From Octopus vulgaris (Eukaryota), in the NCBI GenBank assembly GCA_951406725.2, contig OX597814.1, positions 151,218,001-151,282,000 of the forward strand: 64,000 bases of DNA. Direction: 5' to 3'. Positions 25,801 to 39,400 of this stretch are shown here, piece by piece. The notes beneath the pieces were generated by a model. It was given only the letters and a program-made list of their open reading frames with translations, had not been told where the DNA came from and did no database searches. The position numbers were made by a program, and so were the translations under genes. Position 1 is the first letter of the stretch, and each line of letters begins with the position of its first letter.

Positions 25801-28800
25801 TGATTCTCCTCTGATGGAACTGTAAAAAAATAATTTGTAAAAAAGTTTTCCTGTAGCAGTGAATACCTTCCTGACACAGAGTGTTAAATAGTCCTATATA
25901 AAGCTACATATATAAACTTCTCAAAAATAACCCCAAACCACGAGTTGATTTAAAGTTATCAAGCCAATAAAATAGGGGTGGGGATGTCCAATCAACCTGT
26001 TAGAAACATTAGCCAAATCTCCCTCAAATTACACTCTGCCGCTTTAAAAAAGAGCTGCATAGGAAAGTGAAATATTTATATATATTATGCATGGAGAAAC
26101 AGCATTGAAAGATGTCTTGATCTTCCCAACCACATGGTTTAGTCCCATTGTGTGGCACCTCAGGCAAGTGTCTTCTACCGTAGCCTGGGCTGACTTAAGC
26201 CTTGTGAGTGGATTTGGTAGACAGGAACTGAAAGAAGACCATTGTGCATATATATATATATATATATAACCCATGCTAGTATGGAAAGCGAATACTAAAT
26301 GATGATGATGATGACATACGGACATTCATCATCATTATTTAACATCCACTTTCCATGCTGGCATGGGTTAGATAGTTCGACTGGAACTGGTAAGCCAGAA
26401 AGCCACACCAGGTTCTAGTCTGATTTGGTTTGGTTTCTATGGCTGGATGCCCTTCCTAATACCATCCACTCAAAGAGTGTAATGGGTGCTTTTTATGTGC
26501 CACCAATACAGGTGCTATTTACATGACACCTGCAACAGCCATGACTACAATTTCATTTGGCTTAACTGGCAATGGCCACAATTATGATTTCATTTGGCTT
26601 AATGAGTCTTCTCAGCATAGCATATTGCAGTCTCAATCTCGTCATCGCTTCCATGACTCTCACCATTCGAAGATCATACTTCTAATATTGGTCATGATTA
26701 CAATTTCACAAGTGCCATTGGCATGATACAGCCAATGTCCACAACTACAATTTCACTTGGCTTGACGAGTCTTCCCAAGCACAAGTCATTTAGTGTGTAA
26801 CACCTGTTTATATTTTCCCTTTTGGTTTTTAAACTACAATTCTGTACATTTTGTGTTAAATTTTGGATTCAGTCATAAGCTAATAACGTTCTTTATTTTT
26901 CAGCAATTCCAATTGGCAACTCTTATATGTATGGAATCAGTGTGGATGAAATTGGTGAATGTATTCATTCAATATTCACGAATTCAGAGAAATACCATAA
27001 GAAAACAATTGGATTGGCAGCAGATCAGTTCCTTATACATACTTGCTGTAAGATCCTAACAAAGCATCTTATTCCACTAGAATTCGTCCATGCCCAGGTG
27101 AGTGAAATTAAAGATTTGCTTTCTATTTTATGAGCTTCTCAGCAAATAGAAAAACTACAATAAGGTGTCTTAAATATTTCATTATAGCCTGTAAGTCATT
27201 TCATTTTCTTCCAGTGATGCACTGATGTGTGTGTTGGTAAAAAACCCCTTCAGTCATGAATGACCATGGGAGTGCACCTAGGAAGTTTCCCTCCAAGGAA
27301 CAAGTCTGGGTATGGTTGTTTATGGAAGACCGGCAGTCGCCCATGCGGACCAGCCTCTCCTCTCCATGCCAACAATGTTATCCAAGGAAAGGCAAAGGCT
27401 GATACAGCCTGGCACCAGTGGTATCGCAACTCATTCCTACAGCTGAGTGAACTGGATTATTTTGCTCACTAACTCAACACACAGCCCTGTCCAAGAATTG
27501 AACTTTCTACCTCATTATATATATATATAGGCACAGGAGTGGCTGTGTGGTAAGTAGCTTGCTTACCAACCACATGGTTCTTGGTTCAGTCCCACTGTGT
27601 GGCATCTTGGGCAAGTGTCTTCTATAGCCTCAGGCCAACCAAAGACTTGTGAGTGGATTTGGTAGACAGAAACTGAAAGAAGCCCATCGTATATATGTAT
27701 ATATATATATATATGTTTGTCCCCCCAACATCGCCTGACAACCGATGCTGGTGTGTTTACGTTCCCATAACTTAGCGGTTCGGCAAAAGAGAGCAATAGA
27801 ATAAGTATCAGGTTTACAAAGAATAAGTCCTGGGGTTGATTTGCTTGACTAAAGGCAGTGCTCCAGCATGGCCGCAGTCAAATGACTGAAACAAGTAAAG
27901 AGTATATATATTGGGTTGGCAACTAAGTTCCCACCATTTTTTAAAATTTAAACATTTTTAAAGGTTTAATAAAAAATAGCAACTAATTAATCAATAATGC
28001 ATTCCCCCTTGTTTACAACTTCTTCCCAACATTGAACAAGATTTTCAATACCTCGTCGGTAGAAATCGCCCGATTTCGACACGAAAAATTGATCCAACCA
28101 AACTCTCAATTCTGCATCAGTATTGAACGAAACTCCACGCATAGCACTCGAAAGAGGTGGAAATCCATTGGTGCCAAATCAGGAGAGTACGGCGAGTGCG
28201 GCAGCATTTCCCAGCCATGCATTTGAATGGCTTTCTTGGTCATATTGGCGATATGAGGGTGGGCGTTGTTGTGGAGCAGCAGATCTCCATGCTGCTGATT
28301 AGGTCTTTTCTCTTGAATAGCCGTGTTGAGTTGTTCTATCTGTTGAACATAGTTTCACGCTGGTTCTGTTCAAACAATTCATAATGGATAATCCCTTCCC
28401 AGTCACACCATATTAAAAAAAGGTGGAAACTTAGTTGCCAACCCAATCATATATATATATATACTAGCAGAAGCACCTGACATTGAAATTTATTCATCTA
28501 TTGGGAGATCAGTCATGCATTCATAGTACAAAAACAAAAAATAAATTTTTTAAATGCTAACTTTTATAAAGGGAGATAAATTCTACCACATGTTGAAGGC
28601 AATTACCTAATAGCTTCTGATTTGGAGCGTAGACAAACAAGTCTTGCAACTACCAACCCTGGAGCAACCAACATGAGAAAAGCAAGGCTCAATTAAGTGC
28701 AAGCCAGTAGATTTCAAAGTCTGACTTTGAGCTTTATCAATAGACACTGCAAAGCAAAGTTGCACTGGAAATTGTGTTCATTTGAACTCAAATGACATGT

Positions 28801-30322
28801 TTGTTGGTTTGATTGGAATTCTTGGAATAAAAATGTCTTCCCAGAAGCACATCCAATAATGATAATAGCTTCTATTACATTAGATAACCTTTTCTCATTG
28901 CATAATTTAGGAGGATTTCTTAACATTATGAGGACTCCTACTTTAAGAAAAAGTTTATGCAATGGAGTTCCAGCCATGTCTGTAATGTCACTTGAAATTA
29001 ATTCACAAATTTGACAGTTTATTTTTGGCAATTTAAAGTTAAACTCTTGTAAATTTTTGCTTCTCATGGCCAAAACTTGATCCTCAATTTCAATCAGTGC
29101 TTGGTTAGAAATTATTTCAGAGAACCGAATATCAATATCTAGGTTTGTTTGTTGAACTGCATACTTTCTTTTAGTGTTTAGATTGGCCACAACTGACCGA
29201 AAATTATTCCCCTTTATTTGAACTGGCCAATTCCAGCTATATCCGATTTCTTTACATAGTCGCTAAGAAAAATATAATCATATTGAATTCCCTTAGCATT
29301 GAGATAATGCAAGATAAAACCCTTTCCACCTTTATTCAAGTGAAATTTTTGAAACTTCTTAGTTTTTGCAACGTTTGAAGAGTGTATATCTTAGTTTTTA
29401 AAGAAATGGTGCCAGCAAGTAGCAATTCAGGCTTCAAAGATTTTCTTCTTGATAATAAAGACAGATTTCTCTTTGGATTCAGGTCCCAATGCTCATTTTC
29501 TAGAAAGCCTTGTTGATAGCACGTTTCTATAAGTTTCACACACGACCATTTACCCTCCTTGATTCTTTGAATGATTTAGGACCATATACTTCATGCAAAA
29601 GGAACTGCAAGTAGTAGCATTCTACGTGGGGGGGGGGGGCTTTTCTTCTTGCGCCATTTATTTTTTCTTCAGGTGTAATAATTGGGTAATTGTGGGTAAA
29701 AGACTTGTCAGCACTTGTTCTAATAAATTACGTTTATTCTTAAAGTGCCCCATTACTGTTACATCAACTTTCCACATTATTTACTACCATTGCTTTAGTA
29801 ATAAGCTAAGAGACATCAGTTGTATTGTGCAAGTATGATAATGATGTATATGGCTGAAGACAGCTGCATAAGTGCTGAACTTGTTTTAAACGGGGCCACA
29901 TTCATTGACTTACGTTTCAATAGAATTGTCAAGCAAAAATTTAACTCTGCACCATTCCAGTGGAACAATAGGCACACAGTTAACAAGCATAATGACTAGC
30001 CTATTCCCCTTGGACCTGTGCTTTCTCTTTTTAGTTGAGTGGCTACTGCTCTCTTTGTGGGCCCATCATAGCTAAATTTAAAACCTTTGTCTACTTCCAG
30101 ATTTCTTGTGACGAATATGAAGATCAGAATCAGAGTATTCCAGGTGTAAAGGAGCTGTCAAATATGTTCCGGTTTTATAAACAGGCAAGAAGTGACCGTA
30201 ACATAGAAGAATCACGAGAACTGAATCCTAAACTTGCAAATTTGGATGATTGGGTGAAACAGAACAAAGAAAAGTTGCTGAAAGCCCTAGAAGAAAACGA
30301 TAAACTAACTGCAGAGAGCTAG
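19823..30322 (+). CDS. NMRAL1: NmrA-like family domain-containing protein (NMRAL1/HSCARG-like NAD(P)-binding atypical SDR), 5 exons, 331 aa
   Basis: Exons 19823-20030, 22577-22704, 24145-24388, 26904-27097, 30101-30322. All introns GT-AG with consistent phases; total 996 nt. Motifs: Rossmann ITVFGATGMQGGSVV, VRAVTR, HFDGKAEVEEY, IIRLPWYYEN, C-terminal ELSNMFRFY...RELNPK. Symbol is family-level only. Confidence 0.9.
21640..22460 (-). mobile_element. RTE-clade LINE 3' remnant (partly duplicated at 16795-17097)
   Basis: Minus translation RLYDACMQMAILHGCETWALNAEDMRRLER...LREKLGI...ERRLCWFGHV. Confidence 0.75.
27911..28446 (-). mobile_element. Internally deleted mariner element
   Basis: TIRs TTGGGTTGGCAACTAAGTT / AACTTAGTTGCCAACCCAA in TA-rich context. 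LLLHNNAHPH...WEMLPHSPYSPDLAPMDFHLFR. Confidence 0.88.
28464..29830 (-). mobile_element. Helitron remnant (Rep/Hel linker + PIF1-like helicase) with 3' CTAG terminus
   Basis: FYPQLPNYYT*RKNKWRK, ECYYLQFLLHEVYGPKSF, ETCYQQGFLENEHW, PLHKLFLKVGVLIMLRNPPKLCN. Ends ...CTTCTGCTAG|T on the minus strand at 28464. Confidence 0.8.
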
Positions 30323-30464
30323 TTTAATCACCTCGACTGGTTCTCAAAAAGAAAAGGCATGTAAAAATATTTTGCAATGCCAATAAAAAACCAGAAGTGT
30401 TTTTATAAAAAATTTTATAGCTATTTATATATACAAGTCCAGATCTTATCACAGAACGGAATAA

Positions 30465-33400
30465 TTATTCACTTTCAGGCTCAGATTTAATTTTTTTCTT
30501 TTTCTTTTTCTTCTTTTTTACTTCTGTTGTGTCATCTTTATCTGTAAAGTAAAATATATTACATATTAAAAGAATATCGATTCATAGAACAACAAATATC
30601 TGAATATTAATAATAATAATAATACAAATAGCTTTGAAAATCAAAAGGTTCGCCATCAGAATAGGGTGATGGATAAGTGTCATCATGAGCTTAACACTTC
30701 AATGGATAAATTCATCATCTGACGACCTTTATTACAAAGCTACCTTCCAAGATTGAAATATGAAGTAACTTTTAAGCAAATATACATACCGGCCTCTTCT
30801 GGTTCTGATTTGACCTCTTCCTTCACTGCAAGTTAAAAGAAAGTAAATCTATTATAAATCATCATCATCGTTTAACGTCCGTTCTCCATGCTAGCATGGG
30901 TTGGACGGTTCGACCGGGGATCTGGGAAGCCAGAAGGCTGCACCAGGCTCCGGTCTTATCTGGCAATGTTTCTACAGCTGGATGCCCTTCCTGACGTCAA
31001 ATCAATGAAAAATAATTCATTAGCAGAATGTAGCACTGCCATGGGGTAAATTCATCTTGGAAATGTAAGACCAAGTTTCACTCCAGAAATATTAAAAGAA
31101 TAATGTCTACAGGATTCAGAACTGAAGTTATTCAGTTTATTTGTATTACTAGTGTATGCCTCACCCTAAAAATTATCAATTCAACTGAAAATGTATTATG
31201 TACACATTTCTTGCTCTCTTACGTTTTGTGTTGTTTCAAAATAAACAGTGCAGTATCTCATTTTCACATCCATGACAGCCAGAATTGCATAAGTCTATTT
31301 CGGTAACCTTCTACATACTCTTCTTTTTTTATGAGATTGAGGCACATATGCATCACACCTCTAACCCCTACATTCCTCTGCTAATGCTTATTTTCTCTTT
31401 CAGCCTGCCATGCTTTATCATTTCTGAATGATAGAACATGTCTAATACCTATGTTTGTTACCATGCAACTTCACACACAAAAATCTGATTTTATTCAGTG
31501 GATTCAATGTTCACAGAGATCACAAGCAGTCAAAATGCAACATTCATCATGAGAAAGACATACCAGTTGACAGGTCCATTGCTGCCATCTAGGATCTAAA
31601 TACTTAATTGACTTCACTCTCTAACTAACCCTTTAGCATTTGAACCGTCCATACCTAACCAAATAACTCTGCACGTTTTATGTTCAAACTGGCCAGATCT
31701 GGAATCTCATCAACCCTATGTGATTCAAAAAATAAATTATCATATCATCAATTATCTCAAAGCGACAGAATAATGCTTGATTAATTAAAAACAATATAAA
31801 TTTACAAGTATTACATTTGACAATGATCTGAATACTAAGCAGTTAAACCAACCATATCCAATTCAATGAAATATACTGTTTTAACCCTTTAATGTTCAGA
31901 CTACTGTCAAATGTATAGCTTTATTTATTCACATTGTTTTGAATTAACCATGCATTATCTTGTAGCTTCAAAATTTTAATGATGTGGTATTTTAAAAATA
32001 AACTAACATTGTAGGGTACATGTAAGAGGCCAGATCTGGATAGTTTGAACATAAAACAGAATATTTTGGCTGGTTTAGGTGCTATCATCATTTAACATCC
32101 GTCTTCCATGGGATGGTTCCACAAGAGCCAGCCGGGTCGGAAGCTTGCACCAGCCTTCTGTGACTGTTGGCAAGGTTTTTACAGCTGGATGCCCTTCCGA
32201 ACACCAACCACTTTACACTGTAGATTCTGAGTGATTTTAAGTGGCACCTGCACTGATAAGGGTCACCAACTACTTGCTAGACCAAAAAAGAAAAAACTTA
32301 AGAGGAGGCATTGGTTTAGGTGATGATGGAAAGGTTATATAGTGAGACAGATATAAAAGAAGTACATGGTTACCTGGCCAGAGAGAGTTAGGTCAGGAAT
32401 GAAGACAGAAACAGGTGTGCTACCGCACAGAAATACACACTTGCCCAACCTGGGGGAAGTGCAGGATTAAAATACCTCATTATTAAGCTAGCCCTTGGAT
32501 AATGAACTAGAATTGAATTTTAGAAAATTCTAATTTAAATCACTTTAAAATGGTGACTTGGTGGTCTCAGGTGAGTTTATATGCAAAATGCTGACGGCTT
32601 TTACGCAAATTCATATAGGTATGTATGTATATGTAGTAGTATGTTTGAGAGTTTTCCAGCGTGAAGTACAATAAAACTATACTCCCGAGGATAGCAATCA
32701 AGGCTTTTCTTTTGGCATTTCAGTGTCACAGTTGACAGAATCTTCAACTGTTAAAAATAGAAATGCACCCAATTAAAAAAAATGTTTTTGTAATTTTATT
32801 TTGTGGTGGAGTTTCTGCACTATATTCTTCAATCTTGACAATATTCCCAAACCTGAGCTTAACCCTTTAGCTTTCAGATTACTCTGTCAACTGCAATGCT
32901 ATTTATTTACATGCATTTTCTCTTAGCTTCAAAATTTCAAAGATGCTATTGTATAATCTTTAGAATGATGTGGGATAGTTGCAAAGAGCCATATCTGAAA
33001 ATGAAGTAGACAGAATATTTGGGTTGATTTAAATGCTAAAAGTTAACATCACATTTTTCAAGTCTTTTCTCACCAATTTCTAGAAATTGGAATTACAACC
33101 ATTATTATTAACAAGTCTCAAACATAACAAATATCTCTAAATGAAGATTATATACTGAAAGAGAAATATCTCAATTACCAGATTCATCAACTTTTCTCTT
33201 TTTGGTAGATTTGCCTTCTGTCACAGACTCATCTAATTTTCTCTTTTTGCTCTTACTCAATGTGGAATCTTGGCCTTCATCATATTTCTTAACAACACTG
33301 CAAAATAGATGCAAAATTTTATAACCTGAGGTTAAAAAGCGCAAAATGGAGATTTAATAAAATGATTTTTTTTTTTTAATTAAACTTGTTTGCAATTTAT

Positions 33401-36400
33401 CTTATTTTAAAATTTAAACAAGTGCCAACTTGTTTCAGGTGATACGAAAAGGATGGGAGTCCTTTATTTCAATACAACTGCCTCCTGGTTGTGTAGTGGC
33501 TACAAATAAATCGATGTTAGAAAACAAGTGCCGTTCCCCCATCATTTGATGATAGAGAGGGATCACTTAGCTATGTGTTGGGAGTATTTTGGTTACATTC
33601 CAAGTTTAAACAGCAGCCAAATTTACTTTTCAATTCTTTTAAAGGCAGTAATAAAACAAATGCCAGTCCTGAATTAAAATGTTGTCCAAACAATAAGGTC
33701 AATATATTCAACTATACACTCTAAAAGTAGTGTCACAGTAAAGAAAATATCCTACTAATAATTCACATCATTTCTGTTTAGACACTAAGGTCAATATAAC
33801 CTAAAATCAACTTACCTTTTATTTTCATATTTATCAAATGTTTTTCCTTTCCCATGCCCACTCAGTCTCCGTGACTGCAAAACAGAAATAAAATAATGAA
33901 AAATCAAAATACTAAAGGCTTCAAAAAATTTCAAAGAGAAACACAGAGAAATTCGTAATAAAACAAGCACTTACATTGCCTTCTTCCATTAACTTTAACC
34001 GTTTTTCTACTTTAGCTCTCTGTGCAATTCCTAATTCAGCACTGTCATCTTCGCCAAGTGCATCATATCTCACAGCTAAGGATACCTTAGCAGCAAGTGA
34101 ACGTGAAATCTGAAATAATTAATTTTTAGACTTGAAATATAACCAAAGACCAAGTGTATGTAAAGAATAAATTTACTGTAATTTCAAAGAAAGCCAATGA
34201 GTATTTCAACATCATTTAACCTTTCACAACCCCAACCTACCTCTGAATCCCTGATATAAAACCAACAATGATATATTCAACTTTTTATCATGTAAACCAG
34301 CCATATCCAGCCCAAAAATTTTACCTGAATCATGTTCAAACTGGTCAGATCAGGCCTCTCATACCTACACCACGTTATTCTAAAAATAAAGAGCCATATC
34401 ACCAAAATCTCAAGCAAAGCAAGATTAATTCAAAACAATGCAAAAAGCACTCGGTACACTCAATAAAGTGATTGATCTTAGGAAGAGCTTCCAGGTGTAG
34501 TAACCAAACCAAAAGTTCAGAATTTAGTGCAGCCCCTGGCCTTGCCAGTTCTTATCAAGCTGTTCAACCCATGCAAAATGGACTTTAAATGAAAATGACA
34601 ATTATGTGAATAAGCACTACATTCGACAGGGTAATCACCATCATTTAGCACCTGTTTTCTATGCTGGCATGGGTTAGACAGTTCGACTGCACTGGTAGGC
34701 CAGAGAGCTGTACCAGGATCCAGTCTGATTTTGGCTTGGTTTCTATGGCTGGATGCCCTTCCTAATGCCAACCACTCCAAGAGTGTAGTAGTGGGTGCTT
34801 TTCACGTCACCATCACAGGTCCCTTTCATGTAATGCCATCATTGAGGAGGGGCTTGACTGCTAAAAGTCTAGATTAGGATCTTTCATCATAATAAGAACC
34901 CATTTTCTAAGTTATTTACCAACACCTATAATTCAAGAAACAAGTTCTTTCAGAGTGAAATGGTGCATTTTATTTATTTAGTTGCCAACAGCAGGTGGGA
35001 TGACTAAAGACTTTACCCCATATTGTCTCCATTTCTCTTTGATAATATAGGTTGCATACTCATTCTTACACATGTATAGAATAAGAGCGATAGTCAATCA
35101 TAAAAATTGTTACTAAGGTGGCTGTAGCCAGCCAAGAATTTTACTTGCATGTGTCACCAAGCAACCACAAGTGGTTGAAATAATTTAGTCATATTTTTCC
35201 TGAGAATTTCAGTGCAAATCTCAATAGGACATTTGTGAAAACATGATTGTCACTATGTAAACAATTGAGTTACACTGTTCAACATCTCAAAATGTAATTC
35301 ATTAAAGCCCTACACATACCAGACAAGTACTGGGATCAATTTAATGGGCAAACCTTTCCTCCTAAATCTGTAGCCTACATCTTACTGAGCAGCATAGAAG
35401 TAGAATTGATGAGACATTTAGCAAAATGTGTGGCATTTGTTAATCTCGTTACATTCCGAGTTCGACATCCAGGGTCACTAAAAGTGCCAATTAAACACTG
35501 GAGTTTGTTGTTAAAGAATTCCACTTCCCACAATGACCTGTACCTACATTAGATTACTGCAGTCTTTATATTCAAAAAGATATGTTTGATCTCGCTCATT
35601 TTCAACCCCTTTCCATCTTCTGTACCCAATACAAAATACAATAAGACAACTTACCCTTCCTTTTAGCTTCGCATTTGTCTGTGAAACAAGTGCAGCATGA
35701 TAGATAAGACCATATTTCGGGGTATCATGCATAGACTTAATTGCTTTAAATAAAGCTTTCTCAGCTCCTAATATCTGTACAGTAGAGGATGGATGTTTTG
35801 CCAAGGTTAGAAGAGAACCTGAAGTAAATGTAGAAAAGAATAAAAACTATAACACTGTCAGAAAGTCATTGCAATCTCAAAAGAACTCACTAGTTTCTTG
35901 CAGCATTACATAATTAGATGCAAAAGAACGTTCAAATGAAGCTAAGCAAATTTTAACCCTTTAACATTTAAATTTAAACTGGCCACATCTGGCCTCCTGC
36001 TTTATGTTCAGACGGGATAGATCTAGTCTCTCTCTCACCTATTCTACAATGTCATTCTAAATGTAGATAATAACATTGTCAAAATCTCAAAACTATGAGA
36101 TAAGACACGATTAATTAAAAAAAATATGAATAAATAAGCTTTACATTTGTCAGATTAATATGAACACTAAAGGGTTAAATATGAATTTTTTATTAAGTTG
36201 TAAAGAATATATTGGTGCTCAAAATTTGTATAAGGCTATTTATGACTTGCATTGTAAGAAAGACAACATAGAAGGAGCCTGATTAATGTATATAATCCAA
36301 TAAAAATAGCAGCCATTATCATCGTTTAATGTCTGCTTTCCATGCTGGCACAGGTAGGATGGTTTGACAGGAGCCGACCAAGCAAAAGCATGCACCACTT

Positions 36401-39400
36401 CTGTGATTGTTTTGTCAAGATTTTTACAGCTGGATGCCCTTCCTAACACCAACCGCCCAGCAGAATGAATGTAATGCTTTTTATGTGCCACAAGCACAGG
36501 CAAGGTTTTTGCAGTTAGATGCCCTTCCAAATGCCAACCACTTTACAGTGTGGGCTGAATGGTTTCTAAGTGGCACCTGTACTGACAGGATCACCAATTA
36601 AGTTCTAGGGTCAATAAATTAATGCTATTGTATCATAAGACCACATTGGTCAAGGTGGTCCAAGATACACACTACATGATAAAAAGATATACTGGTCAAG
36701 GCTTGAATCACCATAACCATTTAGCATTCATATTACTTATCAAATGTGATTATTATTTCTTCACATTGTTTTACAATAATCATGCATTACATTCTGGCTT
36801 TGAGATGATGGATTTAGTTTTTAGTATGAGAGACCAGATCTGCCTCCTTTGAACATAATGCATGTAGAATATTTTGGCCTGATATGGCTAGACTAAATGC
36901 TTAACAACAGAGCCCAAATTTGGCAAAAAAACAACCTACCTGCATGTGCTATCAATCTGGCACCAACATGTTCACCTACAAGGACTGTAAGATTCGGTGC
37001 AATTGCTACCATGCGATTTTTTAAATAATCAAACAATGTCGTTCGATATTCAGAGATTTCTATGATCTGAAATACAAAAAAAAGACAATATTAATAAAGA
37101 GAATGAAATAAAAAAAACAATACTCGAAATGCAGACAGAGTAGCTGATAAATTGCAGCTAAATATTGAATTTACAAACTGGTTCTTGGGTTGTTTCATCA
37201 TGGATACAAACAGCTAGAGCTTTTACTGATTGCAATAACTGGGTGTTTTTTTTTCTGTTTGGATGTGATTGATATAGCATAGTGTTTCCAATACAATGCT
37301 GTCACACAAAAGGCTGTCTCAGTATTATTTTTACTTTTGTCATGGTGAGAGATGGCATTTTCCTGAATCTTGCTTTTAGCTTAGGGCAAGCCTTTATTTT
37401 TTTTCTATTTTCTTCTTGCAGTAAATTCATCTCAACACAAAGTATTGGACGAGTCCCCAAGACAGAATGAATAGATATATGTGAGTACTTGCATATTTAG
37501 CCAGACATGTGAAATGAGAAGCTTCTTACACTTGTGGTGTTTTTTTCTGAGCTGTACTGTTGGTCTCTGCTACTAGTTATTTCTTTATTGTCCACAAGGG
37601 GCTAAACACAGAGGGGACAAACAAGGACAAATGGATTAAGTCGATTACATCGACCCCAGTGCGTAAATGGTACTTAATTTATCGACCCCGAAAGGATGAA
37701 AGGCAAAGTCGACCTCGGCAGAATTTGAACTCAGAACATAACGGCAGACGAAGTACCACTAAGCATTTCGCCCGGTGTGCTAACATTTCTGCCAGCTCCC
37801 CTTTCTGCCACTAGTTTTGAGAGTTGCTACTGAATTTACAGTCACTACTGGACTGGAGAAATGTGAAATATAAGCCGCTTGCTCAAGAAGCTTCCATTTG
37901 TGACCTGAATACTCTAAACTATGTGCCTTCACAACTACCATCTAAGGACATAAATGGTCTTTCCAACAGACTTCTGCAGTTTCTATTTGCTCAATTCAAA
38001 CCTATAGTGGAAGGCATTTGCCCAGATGTTGCACAATGGTACCAAATATGAAACCACATAATTATAGACTTAATTTCTTAACCACATAGCCATACCTAAG
38101 CAAAAAAGTAAAATCTTCACCTACCTGTTTACATAACTCTTTAATATTTCTAATATCCTCCTCTGTTATTTCTGTGCCCATTGATATTTCTGCTGTTACC
38201 TTCAGTTCCTCTTCAACCTCTGTAGGGAGAATGGAAGAAAAGTCTAAATTCACAGCATTGGTCCTATCACCTAAAAGAGAAAAAAAAATTAAGAACTTCA
38301 GTCAACACCTAGTACAATAGTGAAACAAAGTTATCCCAAACTACATAGAAGAAAAAAAACTTACCCATTAAATCAACAGTTTTAGCAAATGCAAGATTAT
38401 CTAGTACTATTTTAGATAATTCTGGAAAATGCCAACCATACCATTCTTTAGCTCTCATTACATAATTATTGAGTTCTTTGTCTAAATCATCAAGGAGTGC
38501 TGCAAGAAATATAAAAATCTATAATTAATTTCAAAATATACATTTAAAAAAAAAATCTACATGTAAATCTATTCTTATTAAATTTTTTGTTACCATAATT
38601 TCGTTGAAACACTGTTCCAATAAATGTTCGAAATGAAAAAATTTAATAAAACTGCTTTGTCATTATTAATCTGGAATTAACATGAAATTAAGGGAAGAAT
38701 TAGGAAGTTTATATCGGAGAATCAAGGGTGGTCTCAGGTTAGTATCAACTATTAAAAAATTAAGAATACTTAATTTCTAAAAGTCTTAGTGTGTTGTTTA
38801 ACATTTTTGTTACCACTATTTCTGTTGAAATATCATTCTTTTAATTATTTTGCAATTAATGAAGAATTTAGTAAAATAACTGTCACTAAGCTGGGGGTCT
38901 GGATCAAGTAAGGAATTTTGATGGAAAATTTTAATTCAGATCATTTTAAGTTTGTATTGTGGAACGAAGGATGATTGCAGACTGGTTGGTATGAAAAAAG
39001 GCTAGACTAATATTAAGTAGAATACTATCAACTTGGTCATTTGTCATAGTAAAAACAAACTGGTTTAATATCTACTTACTAATTGCTTGAACAATCATCG
39101 TGTCAACTTTATCAGGACTGAACTTCAGTTTATATCTTGAGAGGCTGAAATGGAAAATTAAAACAATAACTACCAAGATAGGAATACACCTCTATTGCAA
39201 ATAAATCTCCAGGGAAACATCTAGTCTTTACTCAACACCTAATTTTAATTTATGTATCTCTTAATATTGTGTAACTTAAGAAAAATTAATTAAAGTGTTG
39301 TAATGTCAGAACATTAACCCTTTCGATACCAACACGGCTGAAACCGCCTCTAGCTCTATAGTACAAATGACTTGTTTTCGTAAGTTTTGAATTAAAATCT

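Noticed and set aside
33427-33530. ACTTGTT/AACAAGT stem with CTGA in NOP58 intron 12
   Set aside because: No box C, and no clear H/ACA layout.
37120-37205. Perfect ATGATGA on the minus strand in NOP58 intron 8
   Set aside because: No CTGA box D or terminal stem downstream.
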